This document shows, piece after piece, positions 12,851 through 33,455 of a DNA stretch of 64,000 nucleotides. Source of the stretch: the human T2T-CHM13v2.0 reference genome, Homo sapiens. How positions within the stretch are numbered: position 1 is the first letter of the stretch; each line of letters opens with the position of its first letter. The stretch is from assembly GCF_009914755.1 (NCBI RefSeq), contig NC_060940.1; one strand, 5' to 3'. The position numbers and the translations under genes are program-made. Below the pieces are notes generated by a model, which worked only from the letters and a program-made list of their open reading frames with translations, ran no database searches and was not told where the DNA came from.

Positions 12851-14527
12851 TCTTGGCTGCTGTCGAGGAAAGCTGGGCACAGCCACCAGGGCATTCCTGA
12901 GCCCACTTACCCATCAGAGGGGCTGCATCTCCCAGAAGCGTGCCTGCCCGAGTGCCATGCTCGTCTCAGTCACTAGCTAGGAGCAGCCTGGGAGTGGCAT
13001 TGCCTCAACACAAACGTGGTGGTGGATTTTGGAGCATGGCAGCTGCTGCCAGAGATCCAAGAGGTGTGTCCTTATGGCCATCACAATTGCCACATTTTCC
13101 AAGGTTTAATGAAGAGCTAGAAATCTATATCCTTACCCAAAGTCTCCTGATACTAAATGATAGCAACTAACTCCATTAAATACACACACACACACACACA
13201 CAACCATGCTCTAGCCTGGGTAACACAGGAAGATACCTCATCTCTTAAAAAAAAAAAAAAAAAAAAAGGAAAAAATTCACCCAGTGTGGTGGCATGTGCC
13301 TGTGGTCCCAGCTACTCAGGAGGCTGAGTTAGCAGGATCACTTGAGCCCAGGGAGGTTGAGGTTGCAGTGAGCCATGATCACACCACTGCACTCCAGCCT
13401 GGGCGACAGAGCAAGAACCTGTCTCAAAAAAAAATTTAAAAATGGCATGCTTGCTGACCCACCCAAATATGTCCACGGGCCCAGCCACAGGCCTGCCCTT
13501 GCCATTGTCTGACAGATCAGGAAGTGACCTTGGGGCTATTAGATCCTGATACGGCTTTTCTTCCAAAGAGCCAGCAACCTCCATCTTCCCACCTCCCTCA
13601 CACCAAGCCCTGGCATTGGCCCTGGTCTTTCCTTTCAGGGCCACTTTTCACAAAGAAACAAAGTTCCAGGTGGTTCACAAGAGCTAATTTCAAAGCAGAG
13701 GAGCCACCAGTGACAGCTGCGAGGCTCATTCTGAGCTGAGAACATTAAGTGCCTTCTAGTGGGCATGGTCCTGTGTGTCAAATGGCACATTGCAGAAGCT
13801 CACCTTGAGGGGAAGCCACAGATAGCAAGGCCAGGGAGTGCCAGAAAGGAAGGGGTGGTTAACACTGTCACCCACCCAAGAGGGTGGAGCATGAGGGCCA
13901 AGTGACAGACACGCATCTGGCAAGGTCACTGGGGACAGAGTGGGGGAAAACCCACCTTCCTAGGAACAGACAGGAAGGCATGAGGACAGCACTTCAGTCT
14001 CCTCTGGGGACATGGTGGCAAAGAGTTACAGATGCCAGCGCTCTGGTGCTATGGGTCCTGGTCCCGGTGTGCTGAGGATCACAGGAAGGGCTGGCCTCAG
14101 AGCCCTGCTCCGCCACCACTAGCTGTGGGACTTGGGCTAGTCATTTCCGCTCTCAGCCTCGATGGCCCCGTGTGTAAAATGCAGGTGACAGTGGTGCCTA
14201 GTGAGAGGGATCTGCCAGGGTGGGGTGAGAGGATGCCTGGGATCTCTTGGAACAGGGCTGTGCTCACACCAGCTGTTCTGATAATGCTGCCCGTTCTTGG
14301 AGAGGTGGGAGCCCAGGGGGAAATGCAGTTAGGAAGGGAAAACACTAGAGCATATATGTGTGTTGGGGGCTGGGGAGCCCTCTGGGGAAGGGAGACCTGG
14401 GTGAAAGTCAGGGACAGAAAGTAGCCCCAGCATGACTATTCTGGGATCCCCAACCTCCCAGGTCTGGCCCAGCGAACGTGCACTCAGGGGCCTCCCTAGC
14501 GAGTTCCACATGGTCTCATGGGCCCAG

Positions 14528-14866
14528 CGTTAACGGCGGAGGATGTCCAGGTTCTTGGTGTCTGGAACAAAAAATTGGACAAAACGCACAAAGAAAGGAA
14601 GGAAGGAAGGGATTTATTGAAAATGAAAGTCAACTCCACGGTGTGGGAGGAGAACGGGCCTGAGAATAGGGGCTCAAAGGCCCCATTACAGAGTTTTTGT
14701 GTTTAAATACCCTCTACTTGAGGTACGCCCTATATAAACGAAAAGGATGAAGTAAAGTTACAAAGTCATTTACGGCATACGTCCTATGGAGAGGACATTT
14801 CCTGTTATGGCTCAAGTGCGAATTGGCCTTATGTTCCCTGCCTCTGGACCCTATTTTCCTGACTCA
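14528..14866 (-). mobile_element. MER51(B)-like ERV1 solo LTR
   Basis: The minus strand begins TGAGTCAGGAAAATAGGGTCCAGAGGCAGGGAACATAAGGCC, matching the recalled MER51 5' end, and ends ...CCGCCGTTAACG. Confidence 0.75.
14613..14618 (-). terminator. TVP23A: Probable TVP23A polyadenylation signal, inside a MER51 LTR
   Basis: tttatt on + reads AATAAA on -. It is followed on - by a T-rich stretch (ccttccttcctttctttgtgcgttttgt). Confidence 0.65.
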
Positions 14867-15866
14867 CTGGGCCATATGGGCTCCCCATCTCCCACCAACC
14901 CCTCCCCACAGGCTTCTTCCCCGACTTGGACTTCCCTGTCCCACAGGGCGACACAGTAGTGAAGTTGAGGAAATGATGAGTGCTAGGTAGGAACCCCTCC
15001 TGGGGTTCACCTGAGGCTGGTGACCGGCCATGGGCAGTGCAGTCACTTGCCTGTTTCGCCAGCAGCTCAGGCCTGGGGAGTGGGCAGAGCAAGCTGATGG
15101 CAGGTCCACCCACGACTGGGGGCTGGCAGGGCAGACTGGAGGCGAGAACACCCCCATTGACCCCTAGCCCCTTGTGTCCTGTCCACCTGGCTCTGGGATA
15201 ACATGGTCCTAGAGAAACCTGGGTGTGCATAGGAGGGGACTGGAACAATGGCCACATGGCGGGGAAAGACTAGCAGACTGATAGACACCAGCACAGATGA
15301 CCTGGAAGATAAAATTATACACAGACAAAGCAGCAGGCAGAATGTGTGTGTCATGTGCTCCCATTCGTATTTTAGGTATATGAGAGTGTGTGTATGTGTG
15401 TGCGCACACATGCAAGTGTGCACATTTATATGCGCATAATCTTTCTGGAAAGACACCTAGAACACTAGTAGCCCTTTTCGGACTTGGCCTTTTATGCCAT
15501 ATCCTTTTGCATTCTGTACTTTTTTTAACCATGTGCATTCATGATCCTTTCACTCAAAAGCTAATCTCTTAAAATGCAGACTCCTGGGCCCATGTGGAAG
15601 CTGCTGAATCAGTTCTCTGTAGGGCCCTGGAACCTGCATTTTCTGTACACCACCTGATTATTTAGCCACGCTGAAATGCTGGCTGGGGACCCTGCTGGAA
15701 GGAAGGTCCCTGAGACCCCACTGGTCTTTTCTACTTTGTTCTTCATTACGAGTGAAGCGGGCTCAAGATCTTCCCATTGTCACCAGCACGGAAAGAGCCC
15801 CAAGATCTTGTGGCCATTCTGTTTTCCTCTTGGACTGAATTGTCTTCCGTTTGTTTCTTTTTTAAG

Positions 15867-15950
15867 GTAAGAATTGTGACAAAGGCCAGTCTTTTTTCAT
15901 TGACGCCCCAGATTCCCCAGCCACGTTAGCCTACAGAAGTATAATTCAGA
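15867..15950 (+). CDS. NUBP1: NUBP1 penultimate exon, (G)[27 protein letters not shown](R)
   Basis: Long pyrimidine tract then aag| acceptor; |gtaagt donor; 84 nt, phase 1/1. Confidence 0.96.
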
Positions 15951-16238
15951 GTAAGTATTTCCATGAGTACTAAATGCAGATGCCTGTGGGGCAGGAAGCA
16001 ACATAAAGGAGCCAGGGGTGTGGAAGGACAGGTGGGTGGTGGGGTCTGTGATGACCACAGAGTGGCCCCCATAGCCGAGGAAGCCAGGAGTCCATGAGAA
16101 ATCTCTCAATGTGTGAGTATTGTGAATTAATTCATAGTTTAAAAAACATGGTGAGGGTGAAATTTATGGCTTAGGAAATACATCCCAATAAAGGGATAAA
16201 GTAATTCATTTTTAAAAGTAACTGATAAAAAAAAAAAA

Positions 16239-16634
<396 letters not shown>

Positions 16635-16964
16635 TCAGTGTTTGTTAAAGCTGTGGTCTCTGAGTTTGTGGCTGGGTTTTACTTGCCTAGAAGAATGATG
16701 TCAAGGGTAAGGAAACAGCATTCCCAGAATCCTCCATCTATAGATGGTCCGAGGAAGGCCGCAGCCACTGGTTATGAGCAAGATGGGTAGTGTGAGGTAT
16801 TCCGGTCACTTTCAAAGACTCAGGGCATCACAGACACAGGTCTTTTTATGGAACTAGCCAGAGGATTCCACCCCTGTCAAAACACAGCCCTCCCCAGCAC
16901 AGGACAGGGCTGTCAAGGGGTAGACAAGCCATTAGCACTCTATGCCTGTCGTCTTGTTTTCCAG

Positions 16965-17023
16965 GAATCCAAGAGTTTTGTAATCTCCATCAGTCAAAAG
17001 AAGAGAACCTCATCAGTTCCTGA
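16965..17023 (+). CDS. NUBP1: NUBP1 last exon, coding part: (R)IQEFCNLHQSKEENLISS*
   Basis: ttttccag| acceptor; TGA stop at 17021-17023; matches the NUBP1 C-terminus. Confidence 0.96.
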
Positions 17024-17248
17024 AACGAGAGAATGTTCAGGACCAAGCAGTTACCGAGCGAGGCACTCACTGGGCAGCACATCCAGCCAGACCCGACCAG
17101 CTCCGGGATGGGGTGGGTCACAGCAAAAGGACCAGATGCTGGTGTGGTCCGAAGCCACTTTCTCAGAGACACTTTAATCATTGAGTATTTGTACACTTTT
17201 CTTTAGAACATATATAAAGGGCATTCTCTACAAATGTGCCGTTTTAAG

Positions 17249-17254
17249 AATAAA
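17249..17254 (+). terminator. NUBP1: NUBP1 polyadenylation signal AATAAA
   Basis: First AATAAA after the stop codon, about 225 nt downstream, followed by GT-rich sequence. Confidence 0.8.
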
Positions 17255-18189
17255 ACCCCCTCAAATCTCTCCCCCGAGGCCTGTTTCACGTAAAAAACAA
17301 ATGGGTTGTGGGATCGTGGGATTCTGCTGTGTCGGAAGCTTAGTCGATTGTAGAAACTCCCGTTTAAGCCATTTCTGCCTGTGAAGATAAGAAAGCCTAG
17401 AAAAGAACCAAAGGGGTGAGTGTGCGGCTTCACTGCAGAACACACAGGCTTGTTTTCAAACACCACAGTCCAAACGCTTTTCTTCAGATTGAGGAAAAAT
17501 CTAAAAGCAACAGAGCTCAGGCTGGGCTTCGTTCTAAAATCACTGCATATGACACAGCTGGGTCAAATCAAAAAGCCCTTGAAGAGTCCTTGAATCACCC
17601 AGTAAGACAGAATGTGGGGTCTGTGTAAATTCCCTGTGTAGTAATATGTGCACAGTATATCCAGTAATGTCCAGTGTCATGCAAACCAACTTTCAGGTTT
17701 TTTAATTATATAAAAAAGAGGGACAGATGTAAACTCTACGATCATCCTCTTTGCCATGAGGTGCTTGCTCTGTTTGAGACACACAGGATCTGAGACCACG
17801 TGGGAGAAGAGTAAATTCCTGTTTTCCCTCCACTCTGGGGCATAAAAGTGGGTGGGTGGGAAACAAGAACAAATCCCCTTGTTCTTTCCCTCCCTTGTCT
17901 CTTCCCTCCCCGCCCTTCCCTAGGACCATACATATGATCAGATTTGCACATGTTCAGTGTGAGGAAGGTGTGACCTCGCCCCCCGACCCCCAGCTCCTCA
18001 CGCCAAGAGCAATGAGGCTGCAAAGCCCAGGGCAGGCCCATTGCCCAGTCTGCTTCCTGCCTGGTCACATGCCTGGCCACCCCAGGGAACAGGGGAAGCC
18101 CACCCAGACCCCGGGCCCCTGTGCCCCAAGAGCTGCATTTTTCAGAATTCCCCAGTTCCTCCACACGGGTGCCATGATCCATTTCTCAC

Positions 18190-18249
18190 CTAATGCTGGT
18201 GAATCTCCAGCCCCTCGAGGCCAGGCTTCTGAAAGTCACCTGGGCAGGC
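18190..18249 (-). CDS. TVP23A: TVP23A last coding exon, ACPGDFQKPGLEGLEIHQH*
   Basis: ccccttgcag| acceptor; 60 nt ending exactly in TAG, followed by a |gtgaga donor. Confidence 0.88.
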   Translation of the reverse strand, partial: ACPGDFQKPGLEGLEIHQH

Positions 18250-18786
18250 CTGCAAGGGGAAAAGTCAACCATGGTTTTCTGTCCTTACACGCGAGTGGGG
18301 CGATCCTGCTGATGGAAGGCCAGAGAAAACCCACAAAGTACAGAAAACCTGCGGAATTGGTTGCTTGATGTCTTGGCATAAAGCAGTGCTGTTCAAATTT
18401 AGGACGGTTCTACCCATTTCAGGATGAACCTGGTCAAATTTCAAAGACTTCTGTCTCTCACTTTTAGAAATATCTATTAAGTTAAAAAAAAAAAACAAAA
18501 CAAAAACAAGCTGGGCACGGTAGCTCCCGCCTGTAATCCTAGCACTTTGGGAGGCCAAGGCTGGTAGATCACTTGAGGCAAGGAGTTCGAGACCAGCCTG
18601 GTCAACATGGAGAGACCCCGTCTACTATAAATACAAAAATTAGCCAGGCATGGTGTTATGCACCTGTAATCCCAGCTACTTGGGAGGCTGAGGCAGGAGA
18701 ATCACTTGAACCCGGAGCCGGAGGTTGCAGTGAGCCAACACATGCCATTGCACTCCAGCCTGGGAGCAGAGTGAGACTCCCATCTC

Positions 18787-18818
<32 letters not shown>

Positions 18819-19191
18819 AAAACCGTTTGTGACTCTTTCCTTAATTCTATACTTTTAAAAATCACTGAAAACTAACAATGGCAGTCACAAAAGGACAAAA
18901 ACTATAATTGCACTTATAGGAGGTCCCTAGGGCTGTCAAACCAATAGATACAGAAAGCAGAATGCTGGTTGCTAGGGCTAGGAGGCGAGGAGGAGGGGGA
19001 GTTAGTGTTTTGTGGGTACTGAGCTTAAGTTTTGCAAGATGAAAGCAGTTCTGGAGCTGGGTGGGGTGAAGGTTGCACAATAAAGTGGTTATACTTAATG
19101 CCACAGAACTATACATTTTAAAATGGTTACAATGGTACATTTTATGTAAATCTTACAATTAAAAAACAAAACTGCCAGGCACAGTGGCTCA

Positions 19192-19503
<312 letters not shown>

Positions 19504-19542
19504 TTACAAACCGCAGTTGCCAGCAGGCCACCTTGACTTTGA

Positions 19543-20039
<497 letters not shown>

Positions 20040-20044
20040 TAAGA

Positions 20045-20240
20045 ATAGTAACAGCCAACATTTACTGAGCATTTGCAAATACCCACGGACACCTCAGAAT
20101 CATTACAACTGGAGAGGTTGCCACCATCATCATCCCATTTTACAAAGAGGAAACTGAGGCTCAGGAAGACGAAAGCTGCCCAAGGTCACAGAGCTGGAGC
20201 GTGGTCGAGCCGGGATCCAAATTCCAGGGCCCGCACTTTC
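20045..20240. mobile_element. MIR
   Basis: MIR core cccattttacaaagaggaaactgaggctcag...cccaaggtcacagagct. Confidence 0.75.
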
Positions 20241-20245
20241 ATTAA

Positions 20246-20618
<373 letters not shown>

Positions 20619-20800
20619 TAGGCAAATCCACAGAAACAGAAAAATTAATAGGTGCCAGGGCTTGGAGGAACAGAAGCACAGGGAAGCAATGTCAAAAGGG
20701 CGCAAGGCTTCTTCCGGTGATGAAAATTTCCTAACATTGATGGTGGTTTTGGCTGTACAACTCTGTGACTGCACTAGAAGCCACTGAATTCCACACTTAG

Positions 20801-21151
<351 letters not shown>

Positions 21152-21230
21152 TAACAACAAAAGCCTAGTGGTGCAAACACTTTTTTTGCAGAGACATCAA
21201 AGCAATGTGGAAGTCAAGATCTGGCCTTAC

Positions 21231-21359
21231 CAGCCACTTTAGCTTCAAGGAAAATAAGGTGCTAAAAAAAAACACAATCCATATCATGGGGCAGATTATG
21301 AGGCCCAGCCAGAAGATTCGTGCTTCAGCTTCTGTGGCAGCAATGCTATTCGGAGAGAC
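21231..21359 (-). CDS. TVP23A: TVP23A coding exon, [43 protein letters not shown]
   Basis: tttaacag| acceptor and |gtaagg donor; 129 nt; encodes a hydrophobic transmembrane segment. Confidence 0.96.
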
Positions 21360-21366
21360 CTGTTAA

Positions 21367-22094
<728 letters not shown>

Positions 22095-22317
22095 TTATTC
22101 ACTGTATTGATAAACAAAAGTTCCTTGATTCATTTCAGACTTGTACTGGGAGCAGGAAGAAAAAAGGCCTTGAATTGTAGTGGATTCTCAGATGTCAAGA
22201 CTTCTAGTTTTCAACTAAGCTTACTTTAAAAAGTTACACACTCCCCCCACAAAACATATATAATTTATATGTTCATATTATATATGTTTTAAATATATGT
22301 ATTAATTCGTATACAAG

Positions 22318-22742
<425 letters not shown>

Positions 22743-22869
22743 TAAGTGACACTGCTCAGCACTCTTAAGCATGTCTCAGGAGTCTAAACCAAAGTACCTC
22801 TTGGTACCACGCACACAGGGGACAAGCCTCGTGTTTCGGAAGTGATGACATCACACGAAAGGGCCTCAC

Positions 22870-23014
22870 CTTCACAGACCAGAAGTCCAGGGACAGGAGG
22901 AGCAGCACCATGACAAAACAGCCCACAAAGCTCTTGCTGAACCAGTCGCAGCTCACGTAGGTGACGATGGCACTCACTCGGAAAAACAGGTGGAAAAAGG
23001 TGGCCAAGGGGTGT
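22870..23014 (-). CDS. TVP23A: TVP23A (FAM18A) coding exon, (R)HPLATFFHLFFRVSAIVTYVSCDWFSKSFVGCFVMVLLLLSLDFWSVK
   Basis: Minus-strand tcctag| acceptor and |gtgagg donor; 145 nt. HP..FFHLFF and DFW.VKN are motifs of the TVP23/DUF846 family. Confidence 0.96.
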
Positions 23015-23652
23015 CTAGGAAAGGACCCAGAAGGCGCCCTCACTCCAAGAGCTAAGCGGATGGTCACTGAACTCCCTTTACCACTTCAGACTTTGCTGGG
23101 GGTGTTAGCGTGGCTCAATGGAATGTTCTCCCCGGTGCATATGACGCAGAAACTCAGGCTGTAGCCCTGGGGACACATCATTAGGTCAGCAGTCCCCAGA
23201 CAGTCATGCTGACACTGTTTTTTTTCCTCCCCTTCGAAGAATCCAGTACTTTCCCGCCACTTGACTCCAAATATCACTTGCCCTCTTCGAAACACGGTCA
23301 TCTTTGAAGTGAAACGTGACAGCAGTCACTGCCTTCCCGCCTAGCAGAGATGACGGCCAGTTCCCTAAAGGTAAAGGTTGGGTTTTTCCACCACCAGTCA
23401 CTGAGCTCCAAGCTCACACGCAGCCCACGGGGCAGGTGTCTCATGTCATCGGGGAATGCGTGTTCCTGGACAGAGGGAAACATGTGACCTGTGAATGGCA
23501 GGTCTAACTCATCATACTTGCTCAGTGGTGAATGGCACGTGAATCCTGGCATTTAATCTAGGGGAAGGTGGTTCTTGTTCACTGTGCCTTTAGACACAAA
23601 CCTGGCCAGAAAGAAGAGAGGGAGCCAAGGGGAACATGCTCATCCTGTGTAA

Positions 23653-23844
<192 letters not shown>

Positions 23845-23994
23845 TGAGTAGAAACAGGATTTCAACATGTTGGCCAGGCTGGTTTCGAACTCCTGACCTC
23901 AGGTGATCTGTCCACTTTGGCTTCCCAAAGTGCTGGGATTACAGGCATAAGCAACCACGCCTGGCCTTATTTTTTTTATTATTATTATTTTTTA

Positions 23995-24129
<135 letters not shown>

Positions 24130-24132
24130 TCA

Positions 24133-24459
<327 letters not shown>

Positions 24460-24496
24460 TCAACTATGATCAGGAAATCAATGGCACGAGCCCAGT

Positions 24497-25050
24497 TGTT
24501 ATACCAGAAAGGGTTTCAGATCCAGACCCCAAGAGAGGGTTCTTGGATCTCACCCAAGAAAGAATTCAGGGCAAGTCCATTGAGTAAAGTGAAAGCAAGT
24601 TTATTTGGAAAGTAAAGGAATAAAGAATGGCTAGTCTATAGATAGAGCAGTCCTAAGGGCTGCTGGTTGCCCATTTTTATGGCTATTTCTTGATGATATG
24701 CTAAAGAAGGGGTGGATTATTCATGCCTCCCCTTTTTCGACCATATAGGGCAACTTCCAGACGTTGCCATGACATCTGTGAACTGTCATGGTGCTGGTGG
24801 GAGTGTAGCAGTGGGGACGACCAGAGGTCACTCTCATGGCCATCTTGGTTTTGGTGGGTTTTAGCCGGCTTTTTTACTGCAACCTGTTTTATCAGCAAGG
24901 TCTTTATGACCTGTATCCTGTGCGACCTCCTATCTCATCCTGTGACTTAGAATGCCTTAACCGTCCAGGAATGCAGCCCAGTAGGTCTCAGCCTCGTTTT
25001 ACCCAGCCCCTATTCAAGATGGAGTTGCTCTGGTTCACACGCCTCTGACA
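24497..25050 (-). mobile_element. MER41(A)-like solo LTR, 554 bp, with CAGT target-site duplication (TSD)
   Basis: The minus strand begins TGTCAGAGGCGTGTGAACCAGAGCAACTCCATCTTGAATAG. TG...CA ends; CAGT at 24493-24496 and 25051-25054. Confidence 0.85.
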
Positions 25051-25647
25051 CAGTGATGGATGAGAATGAAACCCGCACCTCAGGGCAGGGGAGGAAAAGG
25101 GAGGGATGAAAGGGACTCTTCCCAGCACCAGGCAGCTGTGCAAACCAGACCCAGTACTGCCAGAGCCAAGATTTTCATGAGAAGTCAGAAATCCAGACTT
25201 GCAATGGGAAATCTGATTTTAAATGATGGCCACTAATTCTTTTACTGAAATATCAGTCTGTGTTTCTCACTGGCCTGCGAGCAGTGAGCTTGCAACCTCT
25301 GGATTAGGTTACAAAATGTTGTGGGCTTTGGAAAATGCGGGGCCGAATGGGGTGGTCACAGAGATCCACACAGCACTGCAGGGGAAAGCGCCTGCTCATT
25401 CTCCCCAAGAAGAAACGGAGTCCGAGTCAACAAACCACAGGTGCCTCTACAACTGTGGGGCTTCCGACTCCCAGGGGAATGTTAAGATTCAGAAGCAGAC
25501 TTCACAGTGACTTTTTTGCGTAGCAAAGCACCAACTATTCACCAGGATGGGTCTCATCTGAGCCTCTCAGGCTCTTGGCTCTCCTGGTGACCTGAATGAA
25601 AACCAACCCAGGAAGTGCACCCGGCTTTTAAGAATTAGACAGGATCA

Positions 25648-26343
<696 letters not shown>

Positions 26344-26543
26344 CTAATTGAGAATTTCCTAACTGAATAAAATTTTGTCCCTTGCCCCTGGAGATAAATA
26401 AATGCTCTTTCAATAACTGAAAGTTCTTTGAGGGCACAGACCATGTTTAACACATTTTTATATCCCCAAAAGCACCCAGTATTTAAGATTCTCCGCAAAC
26501 ATATTTGTTATGTTGAACCTTGTAATCGAGTCAGTTAGAATCA

Positions 26544-26907
<364 letters not shown>

Positions 26908-27506
26908 TCAAAGTGTGAGCCAAGTGTGCGCTGACCCATGGTAAAATGTGGAAGTAAATGCATTCGAATAAATCCCTTGCCCACCCGCTTCTTTCTTTTT
27001 TCTTTTTGGCTGTGGCTCTCCTAAAATAAAATGCAGAAAAATTTCCAGTTGTTGATAGCTTCCACTTAGCTGGGCCCTGATTAACTCAATGGAAAGTGGT
27101 GTTACTCAAACAGAGTTCAAAGCCCAAAGCAAGTAGAAGAGGACGCCTGTTGCCCTTTTAAATGTTGCTTTAATCCTATTTTATGCAGGTTGCTCCATCA
27201 GCATCCTCCAAGTCCTCATTCAGTCCCTATCTGGAGTTTGCCCAGCCTGTGCCTCTAGCTAATACTGTGTGATCTCAGACCAGTTTTCCAGAGTTTTGAG
27301 AGTCATGGCTTAAGTCCTGTCCACTCGTCTCTGCCATCGGGTCCTCCATCCTCCTGCTCCCCAGCAACATGGAGCACACACACACACACCACCAATCACC
27401 TCCAGTTCCCAGTGCCATTGCTCTCTAACTCCGCCCTCCCAGGCACCAACCTGGGAGGTTGCCCCTTGAGAGGCAAACAGCACAGGGGCATGGCACCAGC
27501 TGCGTG

Positions 27507-28481
<975 letters not shown>

Positions 28482-29139
28482 CATGGGCTTGGGCGCTAGA
28501 CCACCAGCATTCCAATCCTGGCTCTAATCTCTGAGTAGCTCTGTGGTCTTCCCTAAGCTACTTAACTCTGTGATCCCTCCATCTCCTCTTCTGCAAAATG
28601 GGAATGCCAACAGGATCCACTTCCTAAGACACTGAAAACATCGGGTGAGGGTGGTACATAAAAGTGCCTGAAACACACACCATGCTCAAAAACAGGTGAC
28701 AGCCATTACCATCTCAGTCCTCCGTGTCATTCGAAACAACGGTTCCACCACCAAGAGCCAAACTGTGAAATTCCCCCTCTGACCACAACTTTCTCTCACT
28801 CCTGAGGGGACTACCTTTTGTCTTTGCAGGGATCTCCCAAGACTCCTGGGCCCCTCACATTCCCCCAGATGAACCTTCATCATGTTCAACTTGAACAGGT
28901 GCTATTTCCACACAGTATCCAACATCCCCAACCCCAGCCACATAGAAACCCATTGTTTCAAGAAGAGGAGACTCGGTGCTAACGCCTATAATCCCAGCAC
29001 TTTGGGAGGCAGAGGTGGGCAGATTACTTGAGGTCAGGAGTTCAAGACCAGCCTGGACAACATGAAGAACCCCCATCTCTACTAAAAATACAAAAATTAG
29101 CCTGGGATGGTGGCAGATGCCTGTAGTCCCAGCTGCTCA

Positions 29140-29361
<222 letters not shown>

Positions 29362-29636
29362 TCAACTTTCCTCTCTTTCTAGATCCACTTATGCAGCTCT
29401 GGGCCCTTGTCACCCATTGTCTTCCTCCCCGGAGGGAAGCACAGTAGATTCTCAACCTGGAATGTGTGTGAAAGCCACCTGAGGAGGTCTCACGTTGTGC
29501 ACAGGATACAAGGATTCAGATTTCAGGTGGGACCTGGACACATGAATTTCACAAAGAAAAAGCACAGCTCTACCCGGGTTCAGCAAACTACAACCTAAGG
29601 GCCAAATCTGGCCATGGCCTGCTTTTGTAAATGAAG

Positions 29637-30834
<1,198 letters not shown>

Positions 30835-31159
30835 TGATGACATTAGGCTCCCTTCAAAACAACCCAAAATGAAGCAAACTGCCCCTACCTGCTCCCCAAA
30901 CCCACACTCCAAAAAAATCTACTTTCAAAAGCTGTTGGGTGGTTGCTGCCTGACTGGCACAATCCCAAGGGGTTGTGTTCTTTCTTGGAGTGGGTGAGGG
31001 GGTAGTGATTGGGAAGGGATATGAGGGAGACTTCTGGATGCTGGGATGTTCTGTATCTTTATCTAATGACTACATGTGTGTAAAAATTCAGTGAACCATA
31101 CGAATCTCCTGTTGGAAGCCGCTGACCAAAGCCAACCTTTGCAAGTCACTCTGAACATT

Positions 31160-32730
<1,571 letters not shown>

Positions 32731-32853
32731 GCCAGGTCCAGGTGTGGTGGCTCACACCTATAATCCCAGCACTTTGGGAGGCCGAGACAAGTGGATCACC
32801 TGAGGTCAGGAATTCAAGACCAGCCTGACCAACATGGTGAAACCCCATCTCTA

Positions 32854-33415
<562 letters not shown>

Positions 33416-33455
33416 TCACTGTCCCACAACTTCTAAAGCAGGTCTGATTTGGGGG

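Noticed and set aside
24497-25050. MER41 as an interferon-gamma/STAT1 enhancer
   Set aside because: Its length fits the shorter MER41A type, and I did not see the tandem TTCnnnGAA motifs described for MER41B. Sequence alone gives no support.
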